62,992 nt of DNA from NCBI GenBank assembly GCA_016199585.1, contig JACQGM010000105.1:1-62992 (forward strand). The letters are read 5' to 3'. This DNA is from Armatimonadota bacterium (GTDB lineage: Bacteria > Armatimonadota > JAAZEB01). Positions 62,913-62,992 of this stretch are shown piece by piece. The translations under genes were made by a program, and so were the position numbers. Every line of letters starts with the position of its first letter. Within the stretch, counting starts at the first letter, position 1. Below the pieces are notes generated by a model, which saw only the letters and a program-made list of their open reading frames with translations, was not told where the DNA came from and ran no database searches.

Positions 62913-62992
62913 CGGGCCGGGCGGCGGGGGGCCGCAGCGTCGGGCGGTCAGAGCCTTTTCATTACTGCCGCACGGTGCGTCCCGGGGGGCAG

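Noticed and set aside
1-62992. A search for tRNA, rRNA, integrase, transposase, restriction-modification, toxin-antitoxin or reverse-transcriptase (DGR/retron) genes that might explain the paralog mosaics.
   Set aside because: I saw no T-arm-like GGTTCGAATCC contexts, no rRNA-like segments and no ORF with the relevant catalytic motifs. The paralog similarity is better explained by duplication and gene conversion.

Overview
This is a very GC-rich window judged by eye, from a diderm bacterium. An lptC/lptA/lptB-like cluster and an H-X9-DG pseudopilin-like gene suggest a Planctomycetota- or Armatimonadota-like lineage, but that cannot be proven from the sequence. I support about 40 protein-coding genes. 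I found no rRNA, tRNA, CRISPR array, transposase or integrase.

Gene content in order:
- 1-7.8 kb: a LacI-family regulator, an H-X9-DG prepilin-like protein, a Tat-signal sulfatase, a truncated copy of a giant paralog, a GNAT acetyltransferase, two ATGA-coupled amidohydrolases and a 4Fe-4S protein.
- 8.0-15.2 kb: two tandem paralogs of about 1170 aa with unknown function.
- 15.4-22.5 kb: a divergent MgtE homolog, ComEC, a MarR-ArsM pair and a metallophosphoesterase.
- 22.5-29.1 kb: an envelope block of two GT-C-like membrane glycosyltransferases, a GT2, and LptC-like, LptA-like and LptB genes.
- 29.1-30.9 kb: a visibly lower-GC islet with a Clp/SppA-fold serine protease fused to a zinc ribbon, plus a small acidic ORF.
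- 30.9-37.5 kb, minus strand: an operon of an unassigned protein, a GT4, a 1103-aa TPR protein and an M20 amidohydrolase.
- 37.8-61.2 kb: the most striking part of the window, described below.
- 61.3-62.9 kb: a CorA-like gene preceded by a perfect consensus promoter and a structured non-coding leader of about 600 nt.

The 37.8-61.2 kb region is a 23-kb co-directional array of nine genes. It holds three heparinase II/III-like proteins of about 1180 aa, each flanked by two jelly-roll domains. It also holds three ceramidase-N-terminal-like hydrolases, a beta-helix protein, a heparinase-like/FG-GAP fusion and a signal-less sulfatase. I read it as a candidate undescribed system for degrading a sulfated glycan. 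The paralogs show segmental duplication and tracts that look like gene conversion.

Several textbook TTGACA-N17-TAnAAT promoters are visible. Other signals include GC-rich hairpins downstream of genes, unusual AT-rich heptamer and 14-mer repeats around the LptC-like gene, and a dispersed strand-skewed palindromic element. All family calls rest on motifs I recognised by eye, and no searches were run.
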